Shown here one piece after another: positions 1 to 13,505 of a stretch of DNA of 46,530 nt. The position numbers and the translations under genes are program-made. The notes beneath the pieces are model-generated. The model was not told where the DNA came from and ran no database searches. It saw nothing but the letters and a program-made list of their open reading frames with translations. This DNA is from Octopus bimaculoides. Lineage: Eukaryota. Numbering within the stretch: the first letter of the stretch is position 1; every line of letters starts with the position of its first letter. Where the stretch lies: assembly GCF_001194135.2 (NCBI RefSeq), contig NC_068994.1, positions 38,567,192-38,613,721 of the forward strand. The letters run 5' to 3'.

Positions 1-565
1 TATTATTTATATATATATATATATATATTATTTATATATATATATATATATATGTATATATAATTAAATTATGTGTTAGAAGCAGCTCAATGATATAAAC
101 ATTATAAGCTTCACATACTTAACATATGCATGTTGTTAAGAGCCAGGAGCGGCTGTTTTGCCTTTTTTAAAAGGGATCTCTCCCAGACAGAAATAGCACA
201 GCTCCTGGTGTTCAACAACTTAATAACATACATACGTTAATATGTGATATTGGTACCGTAAAATATCTCTAATATTTGTATATATTATACTTTAATATGT
301 ATGGCATATGGCATACTTTCTAGTATTCTTTCCATTTTAGCTATCATTATGTTTTATTATTATTTCATTGTTCTTCACGCAAATTCATTTATTTATTGAG
401 TGCTTTGATAAGATGCTTTGCATGACAAAGCATTTTCATTATATCTACAAGATAATTATTTCTGTTATAACTGTTACTAACGGGCCATATTGCCTCAATA
501 AACTCTATCCAACTCAAGCAAGAAATGGAAAAATGGATGTTAAAATGGTGCTGATGGTATACACA

Positions 566-601
<36 letters not shown>

Positions 602-1089
602 NNNNNNNNNNNNNNNNNNNNNNNNNNNNNNNNNNNNNNNNNNNNNNNNNNNNNNNNNNNNNNNNNNNNNNNNNNNNNNNNNNNNNNNNNNNNNNNNNNN
701 NNNNNNNNNNNNNNNNNNNNNNNNNNNNNNNNNNNNNNNNNNNNNNNNNNNNNNNNNNNNNNNNNNNNNNNNNNNNNNNNNNNNNNNNNNNNNNNNNNNN
801 NNNNNNNNNNNNNNNNNNNNNNNNNNNNNNNNNNNNNNNNNNNNNNNNNNNNNNNNNNNNNNNNNNNNNNNNNNNNNNNNNNNNNNNNNNNNNNNNNNNN
901 NNNNNNNNNNNNNNNNNNNNNNNNNNNNNNNNNNNNNNNNNNNNNNNNNNNNNNNNNNNNNNNNNNNNNNNNNNNNNNNNNNNNNNNNNNNNNNNNNNNN
1001 NNNNNNNNNNNNNNNNNNNNNNNNNNNNNNNNNNNNNNNNNNNNNNNNNNNNNNNNNNNNNNNNNNNNNNNNNNNNNNNNNNNNNNNNN
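602..1089. other. Assembly gap (others: 5847-6025, 12600-12872, 14029-14115, 18539-18918, 19895-20246, 26500-26928, 27809-28155, 29267-30014, 33259-33553)
   Basis: N runs, mostly flanked by microsatellites. Confidence 1.
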
Positions 1090-1112
1090 ATTACTAGTTT
1101 CTTTCAGTTTCT

Positions 1113-1331
1113 TATTTCTTTATTGCCCACAAGGGGCTAAACATAGTGGGGACAAACAAAGGGATTAAATCGATTGCATCGACTCCAGTGCATAACTGGT
1201 ACTTGATTTATCGACCCCGAAAGGACGAAAGGCAAAGTCGACCTCGGCAGAATTTGAACTCAAACGGAATGGCAGACGAAATACCGCTCAGCATTTTGCC
1301 CGCATGCTAACGTTTCTACCAACTCATTGCA
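1113..1331 (-). mobile_element. tRNA-derived SINE, family A, copy 1
   Basis: Minus strand reads ...gttagcatgcgggcaaaatgctgagcggtatttcgtc...gagtttgagttcaaattc...gaggtcgactttgcctttcgtcctttcggggtcgataaa; homologous copies at 1343, 25118 and 37325. Confidence 0.8.
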
Positions 1332-1342
1332 TTTCAGTTTCT

Positions 1343-1517
1343 TATTTTTTTATTGCCCACGAGGAGGCTAAACATAGAGGGGACAAACAAGGACAGACAA
1401 AGGGATTAAGTCGATTACATCAACCCCAGTGTGTAATTTGAACTCAGAATGTAACAGCAGATAAAATACTGCTAAGAATTTTGCCCAGCGTGCTAACGTT
1501 TCTGCCAGCTCACCGCC
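1343..1517 (-). mobile_element. SINE family A, copy 2 (central core deleted)
   Basis: Same head (ggcggtgagctggcagaaacgttagc) and tail as copy 1, but lacks the gtcgacctcgg/cgaaagg core. Confidence 0.75.
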
Positions 1518-1645
1518 TTTCAGTTTCTGTCAACCAAATCCAGTCACAAAGGTTTGGTTGGCTCAAGGCTATTGTAACCCAAGGTGCTAAACATTAGGAT
1601 TGTACTTGAAAGCAAGTGATTGGGAAGTGAATTCCTTAAACATGC
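1518..1645 (-). mobile_element. SINE family B, 5' part (interrupted by the family A copies)
   Basis: tttcagtttctgtcaaccaaatcc...caaaggtttggttggctcaaggctat is the reverse complement of the family B sequence at 13940-14010. Confidence 0.65.
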
Positions 1646-1980
1646 AATTAATTTGACTCAGATTTCTCCATTCATAGGTTATTCAACCAGTTTGGTTACA
1701 TAGGCCATTAAAGGTAATATCTAAGGTTCCATTCAAATCAATAAGTTTTAGTCTTCTTAAGATATAGTGTATTATCATCAATGAATAATTGCTGTTTTGT
1801 TAATAATAATATTTACATACATTATTTACATTATTTACATTTGACGGACAAAAGATGAAGACAAATATCTGTCAAATGCAAATAATGTACATAATTCCTC
1901 ATCTCTTAAATATAGAACTAACATTCACATACATATATAATAATATTTACATACATATATATATGGTGTGTGTGTATGTA

Positions 1981-2020
<40 letters not shown>

Positions 2021-2889
2021 TATGCAGTTAAGTTTAAGTCCAGTGACCAGTGGTTTAACATCAATAAAGGGCTTAGTTCCATGGGCAGCTTGCCAGATTC
2101 CAAAGCGAAAGACATATAACTCATCAACTCTGGGAGGCAGGAATCCGTTACAATCAGTTAGTAAGTAACCAAAAAATAAACAACCTGGGTCGGCAAGGAT
2201 GAATATATATGTGTGTGTGTGTGTGCATGTGTGTTACAAAATGTATATCATACATAAATACATAAAGCAGATACATTATTGAACACCTAATTAATTGCAG
2301 TATTCATCCTGAGATAGCATCTCTTATAGACATAGTGTTAAAAGATGCAGAAGTATATCAGTAGCAGATGAAAATTGTTCTGCAGAGGTAGTGGTCACGT
2401 TGCTAAATGTGCATTTCTCCATCTTTGGGCTTTGTCAATAAGAAGTTTCCATTGGTAACTGTATGCTAAGACAAAATCTGCCATTGCTAGTATAGTAAAA
2501 TAGTGAGTGAAAAATCATTGGTATCACAAAGTGAAACTGAGCCCAAGATCCAGTGGTTGGGAATCAAGCTTCTTCTTCTCACACCCATATCTGTACCTGT
2601 AAGTGTGTGTGTGTGTGTGTGAGTGCAATGTTTCACTTACATTAGTTTTGTTCGGTACTCAGTAGAAATACTATATGTTGGATTAAAGGTAATATACACA
2701 CATCTGCTTTGTATGATATATTCTAAATTCCAGCTTTTTCTACTTTATGTAAAAAAAAAACTTTGTTGTCATAACCCTAAACGATTTAATTAATTTCAAA
2801 TTTCATATGGAGTCATTCACAATTTGTTATGAGATGAGTGGAAGCTGGTGCTATAAAGCACATGTGTAATTGCTATCCACACACAGACG

Positions 2890-3165
2890 TTAACCAATGC
2901 CTTATGAATGAATTTGGAAGAGGAAATTGGGTAGAAATAAGTAGTATATATGTGTGTGTGTGTGCATGTATGTATCTCACTGAATGATAACCGATGTTAG
3001 ATTGTTTACATCCTCTAATGAAGTTGTCCAGCAAAAGGAGGCTTATGGAATAAGTACTAAACTTAAAAGAGAATAAGTACTAGGATTACTGGGCTTGAAT
3101 TCACTTGGAAGGTGGTATGCCAGCATGACCACAGTCAAATGGCAGAAAGAAATAAAAGAATACAA
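2890..3165 (+). mobile_element. Degenerate SINE family B, 3' part
   Basis: gaataagtact...ggtggtatgccagcatgaccacagtcaaatg matches 14250-14345. Confidence 0.55.
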
Positions 3166-3460
3166 AATAGAAGATACTCTACAAACACACATAAGCATGT
3201 GTTTTTACATATGTATATAAATGTTTGTGTATGCAAATATATATAAATTCACACCAAATATATATAAATATATATTTATTATTCTTAAGCAAAAATTGCT
3301 GTCGACAGTAACTTTGAAGTTTCAGTCAGCCAAACTTCGAAGTCACTGTCGACAACATTCTTGTTTTAAGAAGAAGAAATTTGTACTCTACAAAAGTATA
3401 GAGTAACCCTTCAGATTAATATAAAATTATTTTCATAATAACTGAACATAGAGATATCAG

Positions 3461-3491
<31 letters not shown>

Positions 3492-4886
3492 TTCTATACA
3501 TTTATGTTTGTACTCATATACATATACCTGTGTATATAGGTATATGTATACATACAAAAATATATGTGTACATGTGTGTATATGTATGCATAAAAACAGA
3601 ATGGGAGGTATGAAAAAATATTTACAAAGTGAGAAAATAAACCCAAGTTATCTTATCATAAGCATAAGTGTTATCTTCCGCTCACATCTTCCCAGATGTT
3701 TCAGAGGGGGTAATCTACCTTTAATTTGTTTTTTTTTTTATCTTTTCATATTTCATTTTATGTTATGAGACTTTAAAAACTTTCCTATTTTCTTAAAACA
3801 TTGACATATAGCAAGCAGCCTATGAAAAAGGGGGCAAGCCAGCTGAATATAATATTCACTCACATAATGTTGACCTCTTTTATAAATCTTTTAATAACTG
3901 AAGATTAAAAAAAAAAAAATACCAGATCTACCTTATTGCATTAAAACAAACAATACGTTTAAATATTATCATTGTTAGTAATAATAATGATGAAGAGGAT
4001 GATTATCAATGACTGATGCATGTAATGAATATATATAACGATGATGACACAACATACACATCATGTGTATGTCATCATCTCTATTTATATATCATTATAT
4101 ATGTATGCATATATGTATGCATGTATGTATGCATGTATGTATGCACTCATGTGTCTACATATGTATGTATACGTATGTGTGGACATATACCTATATATAT
4201 AAGTAGGTATATGCATACACATACAAATATATGAGCATGCATGTACATGTATGCATATATGTATGTATGCATGTATGTAATATACATTAATATGTGTGGA
4301 TGTATACCTACATATATGTATACCTACACATGTGCATACACATACAAAAATGTGAGCATGCATGCATGTACATACGTATGTATGTATGTGTCTTTTTATG
4401 GTTGGGGAAAAATTGTAGAGTATAAATTTGTTACCCTTAAACAAGAATGATGTTGATAGTGACTTCAAAATTTAGCTGGTTGAAACTTTAAAGTTACATT
4501 TATCAACACACACACACCAAATACATATATATGTATATATATATATGTATGTATGTATGTATATACACATATGTATATGTATATATACACATATATACAC
4601 ACATATGCATATATACATTCACACACATGGACCCATGTGCAAAAACATCATGTGTCTGTGTACATATTTGTGTGTGTGTGCGTGTGTTTGTGTCTACACT
4701 TGTGTGGAATTACGATAAAAGTTTGTTGGATGTTACTGAGTTGACCAATTTTTTTTTTTTGTTCATTCATGCAATACATTAAGAAAATGTGATTCATTGA
4801 AAAGTATATAAATAATCACACAGCAAATATCTATTTTATAAGAAGTTTTAAGAGAAGGGAACAAAGAGAAAAGTATTTTCACTTAC

Positions 4887-5050
4887 AAAACAGAGGCAGG
4901 ACGTTCGATGTGTTGACAAAAGTTCCTGTCTGCTGCCGAATTGAAGAGAGTCTTAAACGCTGTTATTGGAGGCTGTGGGAGTTGTTTTGCTTTGTCTGTG
5001 AGGAAGAGAGAGTGACTGGCTGGCTTCTTTTAAAAATGTTGTGTGTGTTT
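4887..5050 (-). other. Putative non-coding first exon of a second, tandem gene (probably a paralogous protocadherin; its coding exon would lie left of the window)
   Basis: TATAAATA at 5081-5074, donor T|GTAAGT at 4886-4881, and the 19-bp element shared with protocadherin exon 1. Confidence 0.55.
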
Positions 5051-5073
5051 GTGCGAAGAGTACGATAGTGAAG

Positions 5074-5357
5074 TATTTATAAGCGAGTGTGTATGTAGGC
5101 AGGTTTGCGTGTATGTGTGTGTGTGTGCGTGTGTGTGTGCGTGCGCGTGTGCTGGGGCCAACTGCAGAGCTGCCGAAGCTTGTACGATAAAAAAAAACAA
5201 TAAATATGGATAAATATATGTGTGTGTGTGTGTTAAATACAGTAATGATGGTGGAGTTTGGGGTTTAGAGTAGTGAGGCTAGAGGGTGGGGTGGGCGGAA
5301 ATACAGCCCCTGATGCCTTTAGCAGGCAATTAGATTTTTCAGTGAGAATGAGTCATC
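5074..5357 (-). promoter_or_regulatory. Promoter of the putative second gene: TATA box, GT microsatellite, GC-box-like tract, conserved block with AP-1-like TGAGTCA
   Basis: TATA box 5074-5081; GGGGTGGGCGG around 5288-5298; GCAATTAG 5326-5333; TGAGTCA 5349-5355; homologous to 42470-42546. Confidence 0.55.
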
Positions 5358-8300
5358 GTGTTTTGGTCCAGAATCATACACCTGCATTGTATGTCATCAT
5401 CTCTATATCAAGAGATGAACAGTTTGGGCTGAAGACAAATATCATAGTAACATAAACGAAATAAAAAAAACAAAAATTATATTAAATAAATAAATAATTC
5501 CTATTAAATGGCTACAGATTTTACTCATATTATATTGTTATAATGAGTAAATGAAATATTTAAGGAATATTCTTGAAAAACTAAAACAAATAATTAAAAC
5601 GAAATAATATTAATTAATAAAAGAACAGTTGTCTTGAAATAAAAGAATAAATGTTGGTTCTTTTAAAATTGATTCAAATGTCAGGATTCATTTTGATTGT
5701 CTTGTCCGGAAGTCAATTTGCATTGTATTTGTTATTCATGTATTTCTTTTTTTTTTTTTTGTCAAATTAAAATGCTTGTCTGAAGTCCTAGTATGACCAT
5801 AACAGTATTGTTCCAATTAGCTTAAATAGGTTATGATAATTAAAGCNNNNNNNNNNNNNNNNNNNNNNNNNNNNNNNNNNNNNNNNNNNNNNNNNNNNNN
5901 NNNNNNNNNNNNNNNNNNNNNNNNNNNNNNNNNNNNNNNNNNNNNNNNNNNNNNNNNNNNNNNNNNNNNNNNNNNNNNNNNNNNNNNNNNNNNNNNNNNN
6001 NNNNNNNNNNNNNNNNNNNNNNNNNTTTGTTGTTTGTATCCTTGAATATAATATGAATAAAAACTTTAAACTTAAAATTCAATATAAGATTTATATTTAC
6101 ATATTTTTCTTTAAAGTGTCCTATTATTCATATATTTTCCCCATCTTATACAAAATAGCGGAGAGAAAAGAGGAACTCTGCAATTAATATTAAAACAAAA
6201 TATCTAATGTGTGTACTGTTAGTATAAATATAAGTTTGGTGGAATATTTCCTGTTTCATTTTGGGTATTTATCTAAAGACAGCTGACCAAAGTAGAATCT
6301 CAACAGCATGAACTAATTAACCATGCTTATTGCTGCTCTAATATCCAAGTTTTAATCAAGTGAAATGGTTTCTAAGCATTCCAATATTTAAGCTGATTAT
6401 TAAAAATTTTTTAAGTTTAAAGAATTATGTCTCAAAAGGATTTTTAATCTTTGGTTCATAATTCTGTCTCATGATGTTAATGATATTAATTATAAAATAA
6501 ATATTGGTTCATATTTGCTTTATACCAGTACTTATATGCTATATAGAAAACATACCCTTCCTGCAGAAAGGCTTGTTTAGCTTAATGTTTAAATATAAAG
6601 TCCCAAAAGATTCATGATAAAACCACAAACTGGAGTCTATGTTTATTTATTTATGCTTTGTTTGTAGTTCTTATCTAGTCTTATACACTAGGGAAAACTC
6701 CCCAACAGATTTAAGTTTAATTGAAATAAAATATATATATAAGTACATAGCAAGATGAGTTGGTGTTAAACTTTCGCTCAGCATTGATCAAAGGATCTTA
6801 TAATCAAATCCATTCTTGCCATGACCATCATGTCTTTTATTTCAGTTTATCTAGAACTATGTGTCCTCTTGTGGTAGGGGTGTGATCTGCAGAAAATTAA
6901 TCTGCTATTTCTAGCAGTTTGTGCAACTACATAGAGAATCTCTCGATGAGTTGATAGTGGTGATATTGGAAAGAAAAGATGGTTAAACTGATCTGGTAGC
7001 CAGAGAACGAACTTGTTGAGAAGCCAGCATTTATGTTCTATTACCAGCTTTGCATCTGCTTGTCCATGACTAAGGCACTTAACCCACAAAAACTGAGTCC
7101 ATAGGTCTCTATGTAAGTATGATGGACAATATAACAGACCAGTCTAGATAATAGCAACATTGTGGAAATGAAGAGGGACATTGGCTTATAGTGTTGTCTA
7201 CAGTTACTCTTGTAGGTAAAGTTATCTATGACAGACCAACATCAGAATAAAGGGGAAAGTTATCCCTCCTCCAAACACTAGCCAACTAATGTAAACACTA
7301 GCCTTTTGATTCAGTAAAGCATGACACATTGAGAGGTATAGTTAGCAGATGCATAAGATATATTTGTTCTTTTAAGTAATAGCTCATACTATGTTACCCG
7401 ATTGTACTGTAATAATATATCCTGTCCAAACTGACTTTATCCTCACTGGCTTAATTCACCTAACAGCAACAGCAACACTATGAAGAAGTACTTATTTAAA
7501 GCACTTTTCATTTCGACCTGCCTGAGATTGCCAAAAGTTCTATGACACAAAATTGTTCATTTAACAGTGTTTATATTTAAATAAAAATATTTCTTTACAA
7601 TTTTATGTTAGTTATGATGTAAACACCAGCTCGGATAATAAAGGAATTAATAATTTTTACTTAACTATTTCAAATCTTTGATTATGGAAACACATACACA
7701 TGAGAAATATGGTTATGAAAGAATTAAATCTACAAACTTCTGGGAGTGTAGTATAATTGCCAAATTTAGTCCATAAGGGACTGCTTTGAATAAAACAATA
7801 GCACCATGATACAGCTGCTATCACTCTTGAGTAAGTGTAACTTGGTAAGGTGGACCATGCTGTTACTAATTGTTATGTAGCTACAAGCAGACATAGATGA
7901 CATCTCATGTCTCCCTCATGTTTGACCTCAGTGGAACATTCAGGGTGTGATAGCTGGAGGGAGAGAGGACTGCACTAGTATCTGGCTTGCACTAATAATA
8001 ACTGCATACATAGCCTGCAATAATGTGAAATGAAGCGTCTTGCTCAAGGGGTTGAATTAAATCCACAACCTTATTATTTTGAGCTGAAACATCTTAATCA
8101 CTAAGGGCACACATTCCTCTGATGGAAAGAACATTGGAGCCGTTATCTTCGTTACACTTATCTCCAGTTAACGTTGTCAGAGAAATGAGCCCTGTGAGGT
8201 GGAGTGGCTGTTGCAATGAGAGTCACTGGCCATTCTCCATGGCAGCACCATCACAGTCATTACCGTGGGGCACAGCTGAGTGCACCATTTGTTCTGGGGT

Positions 8301-8694
8301 ATGTGGCCCATCGTTCCCTCCCCTCCGATCTTCAGCCATGACCTAGCACAGTTTTTATCATAGTAAGTCACAGCAGATGAATATTAATCTTTTTACTTGA
8401 AGAAGACTGCCTCATCAGTATAAGAAATACAAAGAATGCATCATCAATATGCATTCTAAACAATAGTTCTTGCATTCGTTTTCTCTAATAAAGCACTTTG
8501 AGAATTTCAAACAGACTTTCTTGACTATTTTCAGCTCATATCAAAATAAAAAAATGACATGTTTATTCATTTTAATACTTTGTCAATGAACACTAAACAG
8601 ACCACATACAAACGATAAAAAAGAAATCTCAGGATATAAAATTCAGGAAACCCCAGAACTGCTTTTTAAATGTTTGTACAAAAATATTTCAGCA

Positions 8695-8726
8695 TTGTTG
8701 TTGTTTTTATTTTTATTATTATTATT

Positions 8727-8766
<40 letters not shown>

Positions 8767-8938
8767 TTATTATTATTGTTATTGCAGGGTTGATTATACA
8801 AAATTTTCAGTCAAGTACTAGGGTTAATATACTTGACAAACACCTCCCTCAAATTTTTAACCATGTGCCAATGTTAGAAATCATCATCCTCATTATTATT
8901 ATTAATATTCATTATTATCATTATTATCATTATTATTA

Positions 8939-8985
<47 letters not shown>

Positions 8986-9010
8986 TACTATTATTATTAT
9001 TATTATTATG

Positions 9011-9049
<39 letters not shown>

Positions 9050-9065
9050 GTTATTGTTATTATTG
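8695..9065. repeat. (GTT)n and (ATT)n trinucleotide microsatellites
   Basis: Direct inspection; source of the poly-V/L/N ORFs. Confidence 0.95.
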
Positions 9066-9590
9066 AGTGAGAGAGCAGTACATGCTATGAAAGTGACACT
9101 GGGGTAAAATATATGAAGCCCAGTATATATACCCATCATGACTACCTGTCTGATAAGAGTACACCAGGTACATGCATCACAATCATGTGTGCGTAACATG
9201 GTGATTTCAAATCAAGATAAACAGCACATGACCTTGCAGGTGGGGGCCCAGTTAGAAATTTCTTCGGGTCAAGTAGCCCACCCTGCACAATAGGACTGAA
9301 TAAGGGTTATTTAAGGATGTTGAATGAAACAGCCATATCTCCAGAGGTGAATTATCCAAACCCCAAAGAATTCCTCTCAACACATGGCTAGTTCTGCTCA
9401 TGATCAGAGATGCTCATATCGTCAGCCACAAAGGGACATGCTCGACTGGTTAAGGTCAAACAACTGACAAGCAAATCTATGGTATTGAGTAGAATATTTG
9501 CTGTAGTCCATCTTTTGTACCAAGACAAAACACGTACATGATAACACTTCCAATCAGTCAAGATCAGAAGCCACAAAAGCCACTGTATTA

Positions 9591-9666
<76 letters not shown>

Positions 9667-9671
9667 CATCC

Positions 9672-9705
<34 letters not shown>

Positions 9706-9894
9706 TGCTTTTGATTGTTAAACTTAATTTTCAGCTCTTTTCATTATTTGTTTTATATTTTTCATGGCTGAGGGCTCCTTTAAATTTTGTCATTGTAAAT
9801 GAAATTTTGGAGCAAAAAAAAAAAAGGATTCTTATAACTGGTGTCTCTTTATAAACACCAAATATTTTGTATTTATTCCAGTTTTCATATTGCT

Positions 9895-9937
<43 letters not shown>

Positions 9938-10259
9938 AAGTAGCAGCAGCAGCAGTTGTTATTGTTTTATTTACAATCAGTATTGATTGAGGAAGCATAA
10001 GTTCAAAATCATTACAGCCAGGGCCTTCCTATCTCTCAAGAGTTATTTAGAAATACATTATTTGATGTATTCTTTCTTTTGCCTTTTCGAAAATGCTAGG
10101 CAGTAGTTTGAGGAAACTTCATTGCATGACCACATAGATGTTCCTGGCTGCTATATTTAGCAGGTCTGGCAACTATGAATAGGATGAGGAAAAAAACTTC
10201 CTGAGTCACAGACTCACAGGGGTATTTTTCTGGTTTTTGTGGCGTATATATTACCCTTG

Positions 10260-10637
10260 AGTGGATGCGCAATGGTCCAGTGGTTAGGGCAGCAGACTCG
10301 CGGTCATAGGATCGCTGTTTCGATTCCCAGACAAGGCGTTGTGAGTGTTTATTGAGCGAAAACATCTAAAGCTCCACGAGGCTCCGGCAGGGGATGGTGG
10401 CGAACCCTGCTGTACTCTTTCACCACAACTTTCTCTCACTCTTTCTTCCTGTTTCTGTTGTGCCTGTAATTCAAAGGGTCAGCCTTGTCACACTGTGTCA
10501 CGCTGAATATCCCCCTAGAACTACGTTAAGGGTACACGTGTCTGTGGAGTGCTCAGCCACTTGGATGTTAATCTCAACGGCAGGCTGTGCTGTTGATCGG
10601 ATCAGCTGGAACCCTCGACGTCGTAAGCAACGGAGTG
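10260..10637 (+). mobile_element. tRNA-derived SINE, family C
   Basis: Pol III A-box TGGTCCAGTGG 10273-10283 and B-box GTTTCGATTCC 10317-10327, followed by about 300 bp of non-tRNA body; a fragment of the body recurs at about 31130-31220. Confidence 0.75.
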
Positions 10638-10639
10638 CC

Positions 10640-10830
10640 AACAACATTACCCTTGAACAGGATGCTGATCCATCAGTCCATTGAAGGATTGTTCACTTTT
10701 GCCAGCTGAGTGGCGGACTGGAGCAATGTGAAATGAAGTGTTTGCTCAAGAATACAATTCATTGCCTGATACAGGAATCAAGACCACAACCATACATTCA
10801 TGAGTTCCGTCCCCTAACCACTAAGCCTGC
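10640..10830 (-). mobile_element. SINE family D copy, tail-to-tail with family C
   Basis: gccagctgagtgg...gagcaatgtgaaatgaagtgtttgctcaag...ccctaaccactaagcc is the reverse complement of 20247-20380. Confidence 0.7.
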
Positions 10831-10899
10831 ATCTCCATGAATAGGCTACCTTGTTAGCTTGTTATTATTTAAGTTATTCAGATATATGATACTCAAGAA

Positions 10900-11215
10900 G
10901 ACCTGTCATCCACAGCAGAAATATTACGGTTGCATCCCCTGGTGAAGAGGATTGTCCTGCAAGAGTCCTATGCTGGTGCCACATAAAGTGCACTTGTGCT
11001 AGTGCCTCATAAAAAGCACTCATGCTGGTGCCATGTAAAAGCCAGTGGTATGTTAAAAGCACTCAGCACACACTGTAAAGTGGCTGGCATCAGGAAGGGC
11101 ATAAAGCCGCCATAGAAACCAAGCCAAATCAGAATGGAACCTAGTGCAGCTGGCTAGCTTACCAGCTCTGGTCAAAATGTTCAACCTATGCCAGCATGGA
11201 AAATAGACATTAACA
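10900..11215 (+). mobile_element. 3' UTR fragment of the same RTE-type LINE family
   Basis: tggtgccatgtaaaa repeats and ggcatcaggaagggcat...agaaacc..gccaaatcaga...ccagcatggaaaa match 21850-22170; reverse copies at about 32930-33050 and 45060-45115. Confidence 0.7.
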
Positions 11216-11772
11216 CATATATGCCCATAAAAAAATGAGGTCTTAAAATTACACTGTATTTAGATTAAACATAATGGTAAGCTTTCACAATCTGGAAGAG
11301 AAGGACAATATGCAACTGTTAGTTATGGGTGTCGACTACCTACTGAACATTTTGTATGATCAGTCAGATGTTTCCTGGTGAATTCATGTCCAAGCAAGTA
11401 GGAGCAGGTTTTACATTGCGAAAATGTAACCAGGGGTATATATGCTGATGAAGGATGATAATGAGGATGATGATATTTTAATATGGAGAAATATTCATCT
11501 GTTTTTGTTTTTTTTAAATAGGCATTAGACACTAAAAGAATAAGGTGAAATCATGTCGTTTGCATTTTTCTTAAGAGCAGCATAAAAGAATAGAATTGGC
11601 ATGAACCAAAAAAATGCTGAACATGATGTGCAAACTTGGCTTATCAAGGGATCTATATCTACTTCATGATACCCCTAAAGTATGTCGAGAAATGTCAATT
11701 AAAAGTTTAGATTTGATGATTGAATATATTTGCTTTTGTGATGATGATATAAAAATGGGTATATGTGTGCGT

Positions 11773-11810
<38 letters not shown>

Positions 11811-12552
11811 ATGTATACATACATAGATACATACATATATACTTACGTATGTACATATATATATCTATGTATATATATATATGTGTGTGTGTGTGTATGT
11901 GTTTATATGTTAGGGCTATATATACAAGCAATGCATATGAGTGATATATATATTTAATGGTAATAGATATATATATATATATATGTCATTATTTAGCTTT
12001 GTATGTATGTATGTATGTTTGAGAGTAATATATGCTTAGTGATGATATAAAAAGGGGTACTATATATTTGGTGATTATATACATATAGATATAAGTGATA
12101 TATGCTTAGTGGTGAAATATATTGATATATAATAAGAGTAATACGTATTTTGTGGTTATATATAGATATACATAAGTGATATATATATATATATGTGATT
12201 TAGGTAACAGTTTAGTTGAATAATGGTTTTAAAATATATTGGAGGCAACCATTGTAGTTAATTATATTTGACTATTAAATACAACTGATAGGTCTTTCAC
12301 TAAATGAACATAATGAATATAGAACCTCGTTTTAGGGAACAGTAATTAGGCACCATAATTTTAAAAGGAAAAAAATCCTTATCAAATGTTAATTAGTATG
12401 ACTTATTGGCTATTATTTAGTGGATGAAGATTTACTATGATTGAGCAGATATTGGAGGGATTTCAATGTAAATGAGTATAAAAATATTTCATTATATTAG
12501 AATTGTCAAATATAAAAAAAAAAATTACGACAAATTTTGTACTGTGAATATG

Positions 12553-12599
<47 letters not shown>

Positions 12600-12872
12600 N
12601 NNNNNNNNNNNNNNNNNNNNNNNNNNNNNNNNNNNNNNNNNNNNNNNNNNNNNNNNNNNNNNNNNNNNNNNNNNNNNNNNNNNNNNNNNNNNNNNNNNNN
12701 NNNNNNNNNNNNNNNNNNNNNNNNNNNNNNNNNNNNNNNNNNNNNNNNNNNNNNNNNNNNNNNNNNNNNNNNNNNNNNNNNNNNNNNNNNNNNNNNNNNN
12801 NNNNNNNNNNNNNNNNNNNNNNNNNNNNNNNNNNNNNNNNNNNNNNNNNNNNNNNNNNNNNNNNNNNNNNNN

Positions 12873-12913
<41 letters not shown>

Positions 12914-13273
12914 TATGTATGTATATGTATATGTATGTATATTTGTACAGTATATTCTTGTATATTTGTATAGTGTGTTTTTGTATATAAGTTTTTTTTC
13001 TTCGTGTGTTCAAATCTGTGTATTATATATTAAGAATAAAATTTGAACTTCTGAGTCAAAGATACAGACTATCAATAGAGTTCAAATTATATATTCAATA
13101 TACAAAAAAAAAAAAAAAAAAATCACACGATTTGAGTGGATGTTTTGAAGCATCTAGCCTTTTATACAAGGTGTTCATAAACTATTTTTACAACTTCCAC
13201 AATTTATCACTTAGATGTGTTGTATGCAACCAATAGAGCACCTGCGGAAGTGTTCTTATATTTTCATTAAAAT

Positions 13274-13279
13274 TTTATT
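13274..13279 (-). terminator. Candidate polyadenylation signal for the protocadherin
   Basis: AATAAA on the minus strand about 230 nt after the exon 4 stop; weak evidence in an AT-rich region. Confidence 0.35.
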
Positions 13280-13505
13280 TGTTTACCTATGCTTTCCAAT
13301 AAACTCTGCTGAGTTATCCTTATTTTTCATTTTTTACTGAATTTTTCAAATTGTAAAGATAATTTATGAACACCGTGTATTATATTACCATAGGTAATTC
13401 TCTCATTCGATATAAAGGTTTGCAAAACTGAAATATGTTACATCCTGGTCATAATGTGTAAATTTAAATTTCTTAATGGAACTTTTATGTGTGCAGTTCC
13501 ATAAG

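Noticed and set aside
368-1168. Long ORFs spanning N runs (also 12463-13046, 18143-19108, 19694-20336, 26377-27065, 27741-28325, 29170-30094, 33128-33628)
   Set aside because: They are open only because Ns translate as X; the flanks are microsatellites.
5258-5455. 65-aa plus-strand ORF over the conserved block
   Set aside because: No recognisable domain; the paralogous block at 42.5 kb does not preserve the frame, so the conservation is non-coding.
9065-9590. Non-simple sequence between microsatellites that looks like interspersed repeat
   Set aside because: No second copy in the window and no diagnostic motif, so it cannot be classified from sequence alone.
10260-10335. tRNA-like A/B boxes (also 20247-20310 and 13854-13920)
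   Set aside because: They run into SINE bodies that recur in the window, and no complete cloverleaf could be drawn; these are SINE heads, not tRNA genes.
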